Source of the DNA: Gammaproteobacteria bacterium
Lineage (GTDB): Bacteria; Pseudomonadota; Gammaproteobacteria; Steroidobacterales; GCA-2729495
Reading direction: 5' to 3'
DNA length: 37,325 nt
Assembly: GCA_039926785.1 (NCBI GenBank)
Contig: JBDSWH010000327.1
Coordinates: 1 to 37,325 of the forward strand
Of the stretch, positions 15,811 to 23,740 are shown piece by piece. Each line of letters begins with the position of its first letter. The stretch's first letter is position 1. The notes beneath the pieces are model-generated. The model was given only the letters and a program-made list of their open reading frames with translations, was not told where the DNA came from and did not search any database. The position numbers and the translations under genes are program-made.

Positions 15811-17338
15811 GGCACGCTCCTGTGAATACCGGCAAGGGCCGAACAGTATCCCAATCGTGGCGGTCATCGCCACGTTACTCCTGGGCGCGCCCGCGGTGCC
15901 CGCCGCCACGGCCGTAGACCTGCGGCTGGCGACCGCCGAACTGGCGGCGGCGCATCCCGGCCTGTCCGGTGTCCTGCTGCTGGACACGGGCGGCGAGGCC
16001 CTGATTCAGCGCGACGCGCTCATCGAGTCCGCCCGGTCGACCATCGACGCCCAGTACTACATCTGGAACTCCGACGCGTCGGGGCGTTATCTGGCAGCGC
16101 GGCTGCTGGGCGCGGCGGCGCGGGGAGTGCATGTGCGCGTGCTGCTCGATGACATTAACGTGGCCGGACGGGATGCTGCCATTGCCACCTTCGCCGCACA
16201 TCCCAATGTCGAGATCCGGTTCTACAACCCCTCGGCAGCGCGCAGCGGATTCCTTCGCATCCTCGGCTTTGTCACAGAGTTCTCCCGGGTCAATCGCCGC
16301 ATGCACAACAAGTCGTTCACGGCGGATGGCGCCGTCACGATCATTGGCGGCCGCAATGTGGGGGACGAGTACTTCGACCTTAGTCCGGAAACCAACTTTC
16401 GGGATCGCGAGCTGCTGGCCGCGGGACCGGTTGTCCGTGAAGTCCAGGCGAGTTTCGAAGCGTTCTGGAACAGCGACTGGGCGAAGCCCGTCGAATCGAT
16501 CGCGGAGCCGGGCAGCGACGTTGATACTGGAACCTTACTCGCGTCTGCCGTCCACGATGTCGCGGCGCTGGGCTATGCGGCGCCCCCTGACCTGGCCAGC
16601 CGCAGCCGGGACACGTTGCCCGGGCTTCTCTGGGCGCCGGCGCGGCTGGTCTTTGATGCGCCACCGGGCGCCGAAGCAATCGACAACCCGGATGTGCCCC
16701 AGCACGTGGCCCTGGCGCTTCGCGATCTCGTCGCCACGGCCCGTCGGGAAGTACTCGTGGAGTCAGCGTATTTCATCCTCGGGGACGAGAGTCTGGTCGC
16801 CGCGGCGCGCCTCGACGCGGCCGGCGTGGATTTGCGTGTGCTCACCAACTCCTTGGCCTCCAATGATCTGGTGACCAATCACTCCGGCTACGCCCGACGC
16901 CGCCCGGCGATGCTGGATGCGGGGATCGAGCTTTACGAGCTGCGCCCCGATGCCGCGGCCTGCGCGCGTCTCGTTACTGTATCTCGCGCTTGCGAGACGG
17001 GGCCCGCATTTGCACTGCACTCGAAGTCCGTCGTGGTCGACCGGCGCGTGGTCTACATCGGGTCCTTCAACCTTAATCTGCGTTCTGTCTACCTGAATAC
17101 GGAAACGGCACTGATCGTGGAGAGCCCGCCGCTGGCCGAGCGGGTGGCGGCCTCCACCACAAAACTGATGCAGCCGGACAGCAGCTGGCACGTCGTGCGG
17201 CAGAAAGACGGCGACCTCGAGTGGGTGACGGAGACGGATGGCCGCGAAGTCCGCGAGACCCACGAGCCCATGACCGGGGCGTGGCGCCGGTTCCAGTCGG
17301 GGTTCTACCAGCTGTTTCCCCTGGAGAAGTATTTGTAG
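15809..17338 (+). CDS. Secreted phospholipase D-superfamily protein with two HKD motifs
   Basis: Two HxKxxxxD motifs are present: HNKSFTADGAVTIIGGRNVGDEY and HSKSVVVDRRVVYIGSFNLNLRS. The N-terminus is signal-like (IVAVIATLLLGAPAVPAATA). The start is uncertain between the ATG at 15809 and the in-frame GTG at 15857. Confidence 0.85.
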   Translation: MARSCEYRQGPNSIPIVAVIATLLLGAPAVPAATAVDLRLATAELAAAHPGLSGVLLLDTGGEALIQRDALIESARSTIDAQYYIWNSDASGRYLAARLLGAAARGVHVRVLLDDINVAGRDAAIATFAAHPNVEIRFYNPSAARSGFLRILGFVTEFSRVNRRMHNKSFTADGAVTIIGGRNVGDEYFDLSPETNFRDRELLAAGPVVREVQASFEAFWNSDWAKPVESIAEPGSDVDTGTLLASAVHDVAALGYAAPPDLASRSRDTLPGLLWAPARLVFDAPPGAEAIDNPDVPQHVALALRDLVATARREVLVESAYFILGDESLVAAARLDAAGVDLRVLTNSLASNDLVTNHSGYARRRPAMLDAGIELYELRPDAAACARLVTVSRACETGPAFALHSKSVVVDRRVVYIGSFNLNLRSVYLNTETALIVESPPLAERVAASTTKLMQPDSSWHVVRQKDGDLEWVTETDGREVRETHEPMTGAWRRFQSGFYQLFPLEKYL

Positions 17339-17341
17339 GAA

Positions 17342-18583
17342 TCAGTCCAGCAGGTGCGAGATCAGGCCGTCCGCCAGCTTGGGCTCAAACCAGGTGGATT
17401 TCGGCGGCATCACCTCGTTGGCGTCAGCCACGGCCATCAGGGCGCTGAGGCTCGTGGGAAACAGGGCAAAGGCCACGGCCATCTCGGCGCTGTCCACCCG
17501 CCGCGCCAGTTCGTCGAGGCCGCGGATCCCGCCCACGAAGTCGATGCGCTTGTCGCGCCGCGGGTCACCGATGCCCAGCACGGGAGCCAGTACGTGTTCC
17601 TGCAGCAGGCTCACATCCAGACTGGCCACGGGATCCGTCGGGATCAGTGCGGGCAGGATATCCAGCAGGTACCACTGATCCTTCAGGTAAAGGCCGAACT
17701 GGCCCGCCCGCGTGGGCCGGGCTTGCGTCGTCAGCGGCGTGGCGGTGAATTTGGGAGCAATGCGCGCCAGGAATTCCACGGGGGTGAGGCCGTTCAGGTC
17801 CTTGACCACGCGGTTGTAGTCCAGGATGCGCATTTCGTCGTGAGGGAAGGCCACACAAAGAAAGTAGTTGTAGTCCAGGTCGCCGGAATGACGGGGATTG
17901 TCGGCGCCCCGAGTGGCGGCCACCCTGGACGCGGCGGCTGACCGGTGGTGGCCGTCGGCGATGTACAGCGAGTCCATCGCGTCGACAATGCGTGTGACGG
18001 CACCGACCTGTTCCCGGTCGTCGATGACCCAGATGGTGTGGACAATGCCGTCGTCTGCCGTGACCTGGCAGGCCGGGGCACTTTGTGAGTTCTGCCCGAT
18101 GATCTGCCGGAGTTCTGCATTGCTGCGATAGGCGAGCAGCACCGGCCCGGTCTGCGCATTCAGCGCCGTGATCTGGCGCACCCGGTCGTCTTCCTTGTCC
18201 AGGCGCGTAAATTCGTGCTTCCGGATCCGGTTGCGGTCGTATTCCGCCACACTGCCCACGCAGGCGATGCCCGTCTGCACGTGCTCGCCCATACGGATCT
18301 GGTAGACGTAATAGTGGGGCTTCTCGTCCCGGACCAGGACGCCGCTTTGGACCAGCTGGCGGAGGTTCTCGGCACCCTTGGCATAAACGGTGGCGCAATA
18401 AGGATCCGTTCCCTCGGGCAGGTCGATCTCGGGTTTGGAAATGTGCAGGAAGCTAGAGGGACGGCCCCGGGCCCTCTGCCGCGCTTCGTCGGTGTTGAGT
18501 ACGTCATACGGCGGGGCGGCCACGGCGGACGCCTGGCCCGGAGCCGGGCGCAGGGCGCGGAAAGGCTTGATGAGGGTGTGCAT
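17342..18583 (-). CDS. DUF1015-family protein
   Basis: The internal start MHTLIKPFRALRPAPGQASAVAAPPYDVLNTDEAR matches the conserved DUF1015 N-terminus as I recall it. HISKPEIDLP and LYIADGHHR are also family-like. The 62 codons upstream in the track ORF are Arg/Gly-rich and are probably not coding. Confidence 0.7.
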   Translation of the reverse strand: MHTLIKPFRALRPAPGQASAVAAPPYDVLNTDEARQRARGRPSSFLHISKPEIDLPEGTDPYCATVYAKGAENLRQLVQSGVLVRDEKPHYYVYQIRMGEHVQTGIACVGSVAEYDRNRIRKHEFTRLDKEDDRVRQITALNAQTGPVLLAYRSNAELRQIIGQNSQSAPACQVTADDGIVHTIWVIDDREQVGAVTRIVDAMDSLYIADGHHRSAAASRVAATRGADNPRHSGDLDYNYFLCVAFPHDEMRILDYNRVVKDLNGLTPVEFLARIAPKFTATPLTTQARPTRAGQFGLYLKDQWYLLDILPALIPTDPVASLDVSLLQEHVLAPVLGIGDPRRDKRIDFVGGIRGLDELARRVDSAEMAVAFALFPTSLSALMAVADANEVMPPKSTWFEPKLADGLISHLLD

Positions 18584-18609
18584 GGGCCTATGGTAACGGG
18601 TCGGTAGTC

Positions 18610-20064
18610 CTACACCAGACCGAGGACTTCGAACGCGGCCCGCTCGCCGGATTCCATGGCGCCCTCCATGCCCCGGTTCGAGACGGCCGTGTGCTCGCCG
18701 CAGAAATGGATCCTGCCGAGCGGCTTGCCGACTTCGCCGGCGAAGGCAGTGACCTGTCCCGGCGCCCACACCGCCCAGTCGCCTGCCGAGAAGGGGTCCC
18801 GGTACCAGGAGTGGTAGACCTTCGGTTCGACCTTGCCCTTGGCGGCCGGCCGGACCCGATAGAAGTCATTCATGATCGCGGCCGTCGCATCCTTCGGTTC
18901 CAGCGTGTCCATCCAGGTGGCATTGCGGCCGCGCACCCAGATCGTGAGGCTGGTGATGTCCTGGGGCGTCTTGCCCTTGCGTTCGGCCACCACCATGCCG
19001 GCAAGACCGTTGCTGAAGATGTTCGGGTTGCGGCCGTCGTCTTCCCAGAAGGGCTTTTTCACCGCGAGGTGCAGCATGTTCACCGGCTGGGATCCGAGTG
19101 TGTTGATCGCCAGGCCCTTCGCGCCCGTGGGCAGCGGGTCCAGATGCACGCGCCGGAGCACGGACATGGGCAGGGAGCAGATCACGTAGTCCGCCTTGTA
19201 GACCGTCCCGTCGGAGCACTGGACCTCGGTGCCGTTGCCGGCGGCTCGGATGCCCGTGACGTTGCGGTCAAAGGCGACTGGCTTCTTCAGTCCATTGGCC
19301 ATGGCCTCCGGGATGGACTGGTTGCCGCCGACAGCCGTATAGCCAAACGTCTTGCCACCCAGCTGGGCCTGCATCATGGCGAACGTGGCCCCGAACAGCA
19401 CCATCATCGCCGAGACGTCATGGGCGGTTGTGCCGTAGTTCGGATTGGTGTTCCAGCACAGGTCGATGACCTCCTCCGACACGCCGAGGCTGGTAAGCCA
19501 CTGGTGCAGCGACACGTCGTACTTCGCGTTGGCCGGGTCGAGCCAGGCATCGGCGGTCTTCAGCGGATTGTTCTTGCCGATAAGCGGATTAAGGTAGGAC
19601 CACGGAGTGCTCTGTCGGAACGCGGCCGGGAAGGGGTTGCGCGGGTGCGTGGCCCACTGGTCCTTGGGGATCAGGTTGCCGTCCAGGACCAGCTCCCTGT
19701 CGTTGAAGAAGGGCACGATGGGGGTCACGTCGATGGTCCCAACCTTGAACTTCTTGCAGGCGTCCAACAGGCGTGCGTAGCCGGCGCCGAACGATGTGCC
19801 ACCGGACTCCGGGTTGCCTGCCACATCCCGGTGGGACAGCACGCGGCCGCCTACGCGTTGCCGGCCCTCCATCACCAGCACGTCCACGCCCTGTTCCTCC
19901 AGCAGGAGGGCGGCATTGAGTCCGGACAATCCGGCGCCGATGACGATGACCTTGGACCGGTTCTCCGCCCGGACGATCCCCGAATTGCCAAGCGCGGCGG
20001 CGAGGGGCAGGGCGCCCATCCCCTTCACGAGGGTGCGGCGGCTGAGGTTGCTGGAAATCGGCAT
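18610..20064 (-). CDS. Tat-exported flavin-containing amine oxidase family protein
   Basis: It has a twin-arginine signal (SRRTLVKGMGALPLAAALG) and an FAD dinucleotide fold (KVIVIGAGLSGLNAALLLEEQGVDVLVMEGRQRVGGR). The C-terminus FCGEHTA is typical of amine oxidases. The start is taken at the internal ATG at 20064. Confidence 0.8.
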   Translation of the reverse strand: MPISSNLSRRTLVKGMGALPLAAALGNSGIVRAENRSKVIVIGAGLSGLNAALLLEEQGVDVLVMEGRQRVGGRVLSHRDVAGNPESGGTSFGAGYARLLDACKKFKVGTIDVTPIVPFFNDRELVLDGNLIPKDQWATHPRNPFPAAFRQSTPWSYLNPLIGKNNPLKTADAWLDPANAKYDVSLHQWLTSLGVSEEVIDLCWNTNPNYGTTAHDVSAMMVLFGATFAMMQAQLGGKTFGYTAVGGNQSIPEAMANGLKKPVAFDRNVTGIRAAGNGTEVQCSDGTVYKADYVICSLPMSVLRRVHLDPLPTGAKGLAINTLGSQPVNMLHLAVKKPFWEDDGRNPNIFSNGLAGMVVAERKGKTPQDITSLTIWVRGRNATWMDTLEPKDATAAIMNDFYRVRPAAKGKVEPKVYHSWYRDPFSAGDWAVWAPGQVTAFAGEVGKPLGRIHFCGEHTAVSNRGMEGAMESGERAAFEVLGLV

Positions 20065-20230
20065 GGCGTGGGTCCTGCTGAGGTACGGCCAATCGGGCCG
20101 AGGACCGCATGCTACCGCGTGGCCGCGTTGTGCGACAAACTGCCACGGCATCCGCCGGTGGTGGCACTGCACGCGAAGTACCATGCGCTATTATCCGGGC
20201 AGGTGCCACGCCACGAGGACCACCGGAACC

Positions 20231-21319
20231 ATGCAACGCTCGAGCATCTTCGTCACTGTCACCGTCTGTCTCTGTGCCCTCGCTGCCCCGGTGATCGCCG
20301 CACCTGCGGTCAGCCTGCCCAAGCTGCCGCCGCGGGATCCGCGCGAGTTGCCTTATCACATGGTGCCCATTCCCGCCGAGGCGGCCGAGGCCTACTGGGC
20401 TCCGGATTCCCGGCACCTCATCGCCCAGACCCGGGATCCGGACGCCATCAAGACCAAGCAGGGGACCAATGGCGCCCTCACCTGGATCTTCTCCGACGAC
20501 GGCAAGGAATTCTGGCGCGTCAATGGCCGGGGCCAGGACGCGTGTTCGTTCTTCTTTCCCGATGGCGAGACGATTGTCTGGACCTCCACCCGGGACAACA
20601 TGGGCATGCCGGTGGGCAACTGGTCCGACTCGGACGACTATCCCCAGGGAGGCGAAATCTACCTCTCCGACTGGCGGGGCAACAACGTTCGCCGGATGAC
20701 CACCAACCAGTACTACGAGGCCGAGGTGTCGGTGTCGCCGGACGGCCAGTGGCTGGCCTTTGGGCGCCAGATCGACGGCAAGATGGATATCTGGACGCAG
20801 CGCGTGACAACCGGCGAGGAATTCCAGGTCACGCGGACGGACGACTGGCAGGAGGGCGCGCCGTTTTTCCTGCCAGACAGCCGGACCATTATCTTCCGGG
20901 CCTGGAAGCGGTCGGAGTACAAGAAGATCAAGCCCACGCCGATGACCATCTTCACCATTCGCAGCGACGGCACCGACTGGCGCCAGCACACCTTCGACAA
21001 CGGCATGAACTGGCACCCCACACCGGCACCGGACGGTCGCCACTACGTCTACGTGCGGGCCGTGACTCCCGACAACTGGGAGATCATGCTGGGCGACCTG
21101 GCCGGCGGAGAACCGCGCCAGCTCACCTACTACGACAAGATCGATATCCTGGCGCACATCTCCCCGGACGGAAAGAAGATGAACTGGGGCCGCGCCACGG
21201 GCGATGGCTTCATGTCCGGCATCCGCACCTTTGTCATGGACGTCTCCTCGCTTAACCTGGGCCGCGAAAACTACCAGCCGTTCGCTCCCTCGTGGGGCAA
21301 GAAGATGGAGGCACCCTAG
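20231..21319 (+). CDS. Periplasmic PD40/TolB-like beta-propeller repeat protein
   Basis: It has a signal peptide (MQRSSIFVTVTVCLCALAAPVIAAPA). Repeated PD40-like units are present: APDSRHLIA, FPDGETIVWTS, SPDGQWLAFGR, LPDSRTIIFRAW, APDGRHYVYVR and SPDGKKMNWGR. Confidence 0.75.
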   Translation: MQRSSIFVTVTVCLCALAAPVIAAPAVSLPKLPPRDPRELPYHMVPIPAEAAEAYWAPDSRHLIAQTRDPDAIKTKQGTNGALTWIFSDDGKEFWRVNGRGQDACSFFFPDGETIVWTSTRDNMGMPVGNWSDSDDYPQGGEIYLSDWRGNNVRRMTTNQYYEAEVSVSPDGQWLAFGRQIDGKMDIWTQRVTTGEEFQVTRTDDWQEGAPFFLPDSRTIIFRAWKRSEYKKIKPTPMTIFTIRSDGTDWRQHTFDNGMNWHPTPAPDGRHYVYVRAVTPDNWEIMLGDLAGGEPRQLTYYDKIDILAHISPDGKKMNWGRATGDGFMSGIRTFVMDVSSLNLGRENYQPFAPSWGKKMEAP

Positions 21320-21320
21320 G

Positions 21321-22475
21321 ATGTTTATCAATTTCTGGTACGCCGCGCTCTGCAGTGACCAGCTGACCGACCAGCCTGTAAAGGTCCGGATGCTGGGTCA
21401 GAATTTCGTGCTGTTCCGCGAATCGGCAGGCACAGCCCGGTGCCTTGCCAATGTCTGCGTGCACCGCGGCGGCTCACTGGCCGGCGGCAAGGTCAGGAAC
21501 GACCGGGTGGAGTGCCCCTACCACGGCTGGCAGTTCGACGGCGCCGGCCAGTGCGCGTGGATTCCGTCGCTGGGGTCTGCGGCAAAAATTCCGGCGCGGG
21601 CCCGGGTCGACGCGTACCCGGTGGAGGAGATGTACGGGCTGGTGCACGTGTTCCTGGGGGATCTGCCGGAGGTTGAACGCCCCGGCATACTTTCTGTCCC
21701 CGAGTACGGCCAGCCCGGCTGGCACTCGACCCTCGACGAGTACAGCAGCACGGCGGACTATCGCCGCACCCTCGAGAACGGCCTTGACCCGGCGCACAAC
21801 GAATTCGTGCACACCACGCACGGGTTTTCCGGCACGGAGGGGGATGCGCGGGTACCCGACCTCTGCATCGAGGAGCGCGCCTGGGGCTGTGGCTTCATGA
21901 CCACTTACTTCTCGCCACCGCTGCCCGACGAGAAGATGAAAGCGGCGGCGGGTCGCCAGGTGGACGCGGTGGTGACTGCCGGTACCTTCCACCACGGTCC
22001 CACCTGCATGACGACGCACATCAATCCGGGGCCGGGCTATTCGATCAACCAGAACGTCTTCAAGACACCGGTCGATGCCACCACCGTCCGGACCTTCCTG
22101 CTGCAGACCCGCAGCTTCATGCAGGACGCCCAGCACGATGCGCGCTTCAGGGAACGCAATACCTTTGTGCGGGAGCAGGACCAGACCGTGCTGTCGGCAC
22201 TCGAACCCTTCTTCACGCCCGAGACCAACAACCACGAACTGCTGATGCCGTCCGACCGGGCCGTAGCCCGCTACCGGGAATTGCTGCAGGAATGGGAGTC
22301 CCGCGGCTGGCGCATCGACGAGCAGGCCCTGGCGCGGGACGACGGGCGTGTGGCGCGGGCGATTCCGAGCCCCGCCCGACGCGAGCAGCGCGGGGGCTGG
22401 GTCCTCGACACCGTGCCGGTAATTCCGGCCCGTGCGCCCCAGCGGAAGGGGCAACTGCGCGACTCCGTCGGCTAG
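21321..22475 (+). CDS. Rieske [2Fe-2S] non-heme-iron oxygenase, alpha-subunit type
   Basis: The Rieske motif is CVHRGGSL...CPYHGWQF. The mononuclear-iron motif is ENGLDPAHNEFVH. The ATG lies 1 nt after the PD40 stop, with GGAGG 9 nt upstream. Confidence 0.85.
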   Translation: MFINFWYAALCSDQLTDQPVKVRMLGQNFVLFRESAGTARCLANVCVHRGGSLAGGKVRNDRVECPYHGWQFDGAGQCAWIPSLGSAAKIPARARVDAYPVEEMYGLVHVFLGDLPEVERPGILSVPEYGQPGWHSTLDEYSSTADYRRTLENGLDPAHNEFVHTTHGFSGTEGDARVPDLCIEERAWGCGFMTTYFSPPLPDEKMKAAAGRQVDAVVTAGTFHHGPTCMTTHINPGPGYSINQNVFKTPVDATTVRTFLLQTRSFMQDAQHDARFRERNTFVREQDQTVLSALEPFFTPETNNHELLMPSDRAVARYRELLQEWESRGWRIDEQALARDDGRVARAIPSPARREQRGGWVLDTVPVIPARAPQRKGQLRDSVG

Positions 22476-23056
22476 AAACGCCGACCGACGCAGTCGCCTT
22501 CCGGTTCCGTCTCGCTCCCGGGGTTGCGGGCGCGCTGTACCGTGACGTCGCTGCCCATCACCGAGAACTCGGCGTGGCGCGACCCCCGGGGGGCGACCTT
22601 CAGGCCTTGGTCGGTCGCGCATTCCTCGTCGAAATTCTTCAGAGCGCGAGTAAACATGGCATAGCGCTGGTCCGAGGGGCCGAGATTCGCCAGGAGGGTA
22701 ACGCAGCGGATCACGCTGTCTGCCGCCTGGGTAATCGCTGTCGGCGCGTTACGCAGCAGGTCGCCATAGTCGTCCCGAATCTGGTACAGCATCCCGTAGT
22801 TGCCGTAACCCTGGTTGACGGCGGCCTCCACCGCATCGTTCACGCTCTTGCGGAAGCGCCCGTAGACCGCGCGTCGCTCCATGAGCCGTTGCCGGGCCGT
22901 GGCGGAGATCCGGGGCGGCTCGTCGCCGTCGACCACCGGGCCTGTGGGCGCAGATCCCCTCTGGCGCTGCCAGTCGACAACCAGGTCCACGATTCGCGTC
23001 AGGGCGTACCCCAGCACCACGAGCAACAGGTAAGTTACCGACTCCGGCCAAGCCAT
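22472..23056 (-). CDS. Hypothetical protein with one N-terminal TM helix (194 aa)
   Basis: The N-terminus VTYLLLVVLGYALTRIVDLVV is hydrophobic. The rest has balanced, coding-like composition (N, Y, F, M, K present). I recognise no family. Its stop shares a CTAG with the Rieske gene stop. Confidence 0.5.
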   Translation of the reverse strand: MAWPESVTYLLLVVLGYALTRIVDLVVDWQRQRGSAPTGPVVDGDEPPRISATARQRLMERRAVYGRFRKSVNDAVEAAVNQGYGNYGMLYQIRDDYGDLLRNAPTAITQAADSVIRCVTLLANLGPSDQRYAMFTRALKNFDEECATDQGLKVAPRGSRHAEFSVMGSDVTVQRARNPGSETEPEGDCVGRRF

Positions 23057-23165
23057 GACGACGGACGTCCAAAATCCCGATCAGTCATGGAATCGGCACG
23101 ACGGGTGACAAGTTGAGCGAACCGCGTCACAGGCGCCGCAACGGGACCGCCCGGATCGCTCGGTT

Positions 23166-23690
23166 CTAACGGCTGGCGCGGGCGTTTTCCTCGTCGCAGC
23201 GCCGAATCTGTGCCCGGTACGCCAGCGCCTTGTGGCGATCGACCGCCAGTCCCAGTTCGCCCCGTTCGGAGGCCTCGGCCAGTCGTTGCAGTGCCAGCCG
23301 GTGGCGGCCGGCGGCGGCTTTCTCGTACCAGGCCAGCGCCGTGGCCGGATCGTGGGGCAGCGCGGGACCGGCCTCCGACTGCCAGGCAAGCCAGTACTGG
23401 GCTTCGCTGACGCCCCGGTCCGCCGCGTCGCGGATGAGGGGAACGGCCTCCCCGGGCTGCCAGGTGCCGCCCAGTCCGAGCGAAAAAAGGGCCAGCTGGT
23501 AGGTCGCATCCGCGTCGCCGGCCCGGGCCTCGGTTTCGCACAGTGTCCGGACGCGCAAGACGTCGGCTGGCGCCGGATCCGGCTTCAGGAGCAGCGGCCG
23601 CAACTGGGGGCGGCAGTCGCCGGCCGTCACGAGGAGGGGCCAGGTCGCGAGGCAGGCGACGAGCAGTGAGACAGACGGGATGACGCGCAT
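23166..23690 (-). CDS. Secreted Sel1-like repeat (SLR/TPR) protein
   Basis: The signal peptide is MRVIPSVSLLVACLATWPLLVTA, from the internal ATG at 23690. Sel1-like units are present: ATYQLALFSLGLGG, AADRGVSEAQYWLAW and ALAWYEKAAAGRHRLALQRLA. Confidence 0.65.
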   Translation of the reverse strand: MRVIPSVSLLVACLATWPLLVTAGDCRPQLRPLLLKPDPAPADVLRVRTLCETEARAGDADATYQLALFSLGLGGTWQPGEAVPLIRDAADRGVSEAQYWLAWQSEAGPALPHDPATALAWYEKAAAGRHRLALQRLAEASERGELGLAVDRHKALAYRAQIRRCDEENARASR

Positions 23691-23740
23691 GGCCGCCAGT
23701 CTACCCCGGCCGGCGCTTTGCCGGCAGACCGAGGCGGCCG

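Noticed and set aside
20162-20176. A sigma-54 promoter suggested by TGGCAC at 20162-20167.
   Set aside because: The -12 element is absent. The consensus TGGCAC-N5-TTGC would need GC 10 nt downstream of the GG, and the sequence reads TGGCACTGCACGCGA. The hexamer is better explained as part of the TGCCAC/GTGGCA inverted repeats.
18691-21255. An 854-aa plus-strand ORF, plus the 580-aa minus-strand ORF at 19589-21331. Together they span the amine-oxidase gene, the intergenic region and the PD40 gene.
   Set aside because: Both are Arg/Gly/Pro/Ala/His-rich with almost no Lys/Asn/Ile/Phe, as expected for out-of-frame or antisense reading of GC-rich coding DNA. They cross a region with promoter-like features. 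The alternative frames give proteins with clear family motifs (Tat signal + FAD fold; PD40 repeats).
23057-23165. A possible terminator or promoter structure in the 109-nt gap between the Sel1 gene and the 194-aa ORF (GAACCG...CGGTTC, GTGAC...GTCAC, and TTGTCA-N17-ATGACT on the minus strand).
   Set aside because: The stems are short with very long loops and no U-tract. The -10 candidate matches the consensus poorly. This is not enough to call a feature.
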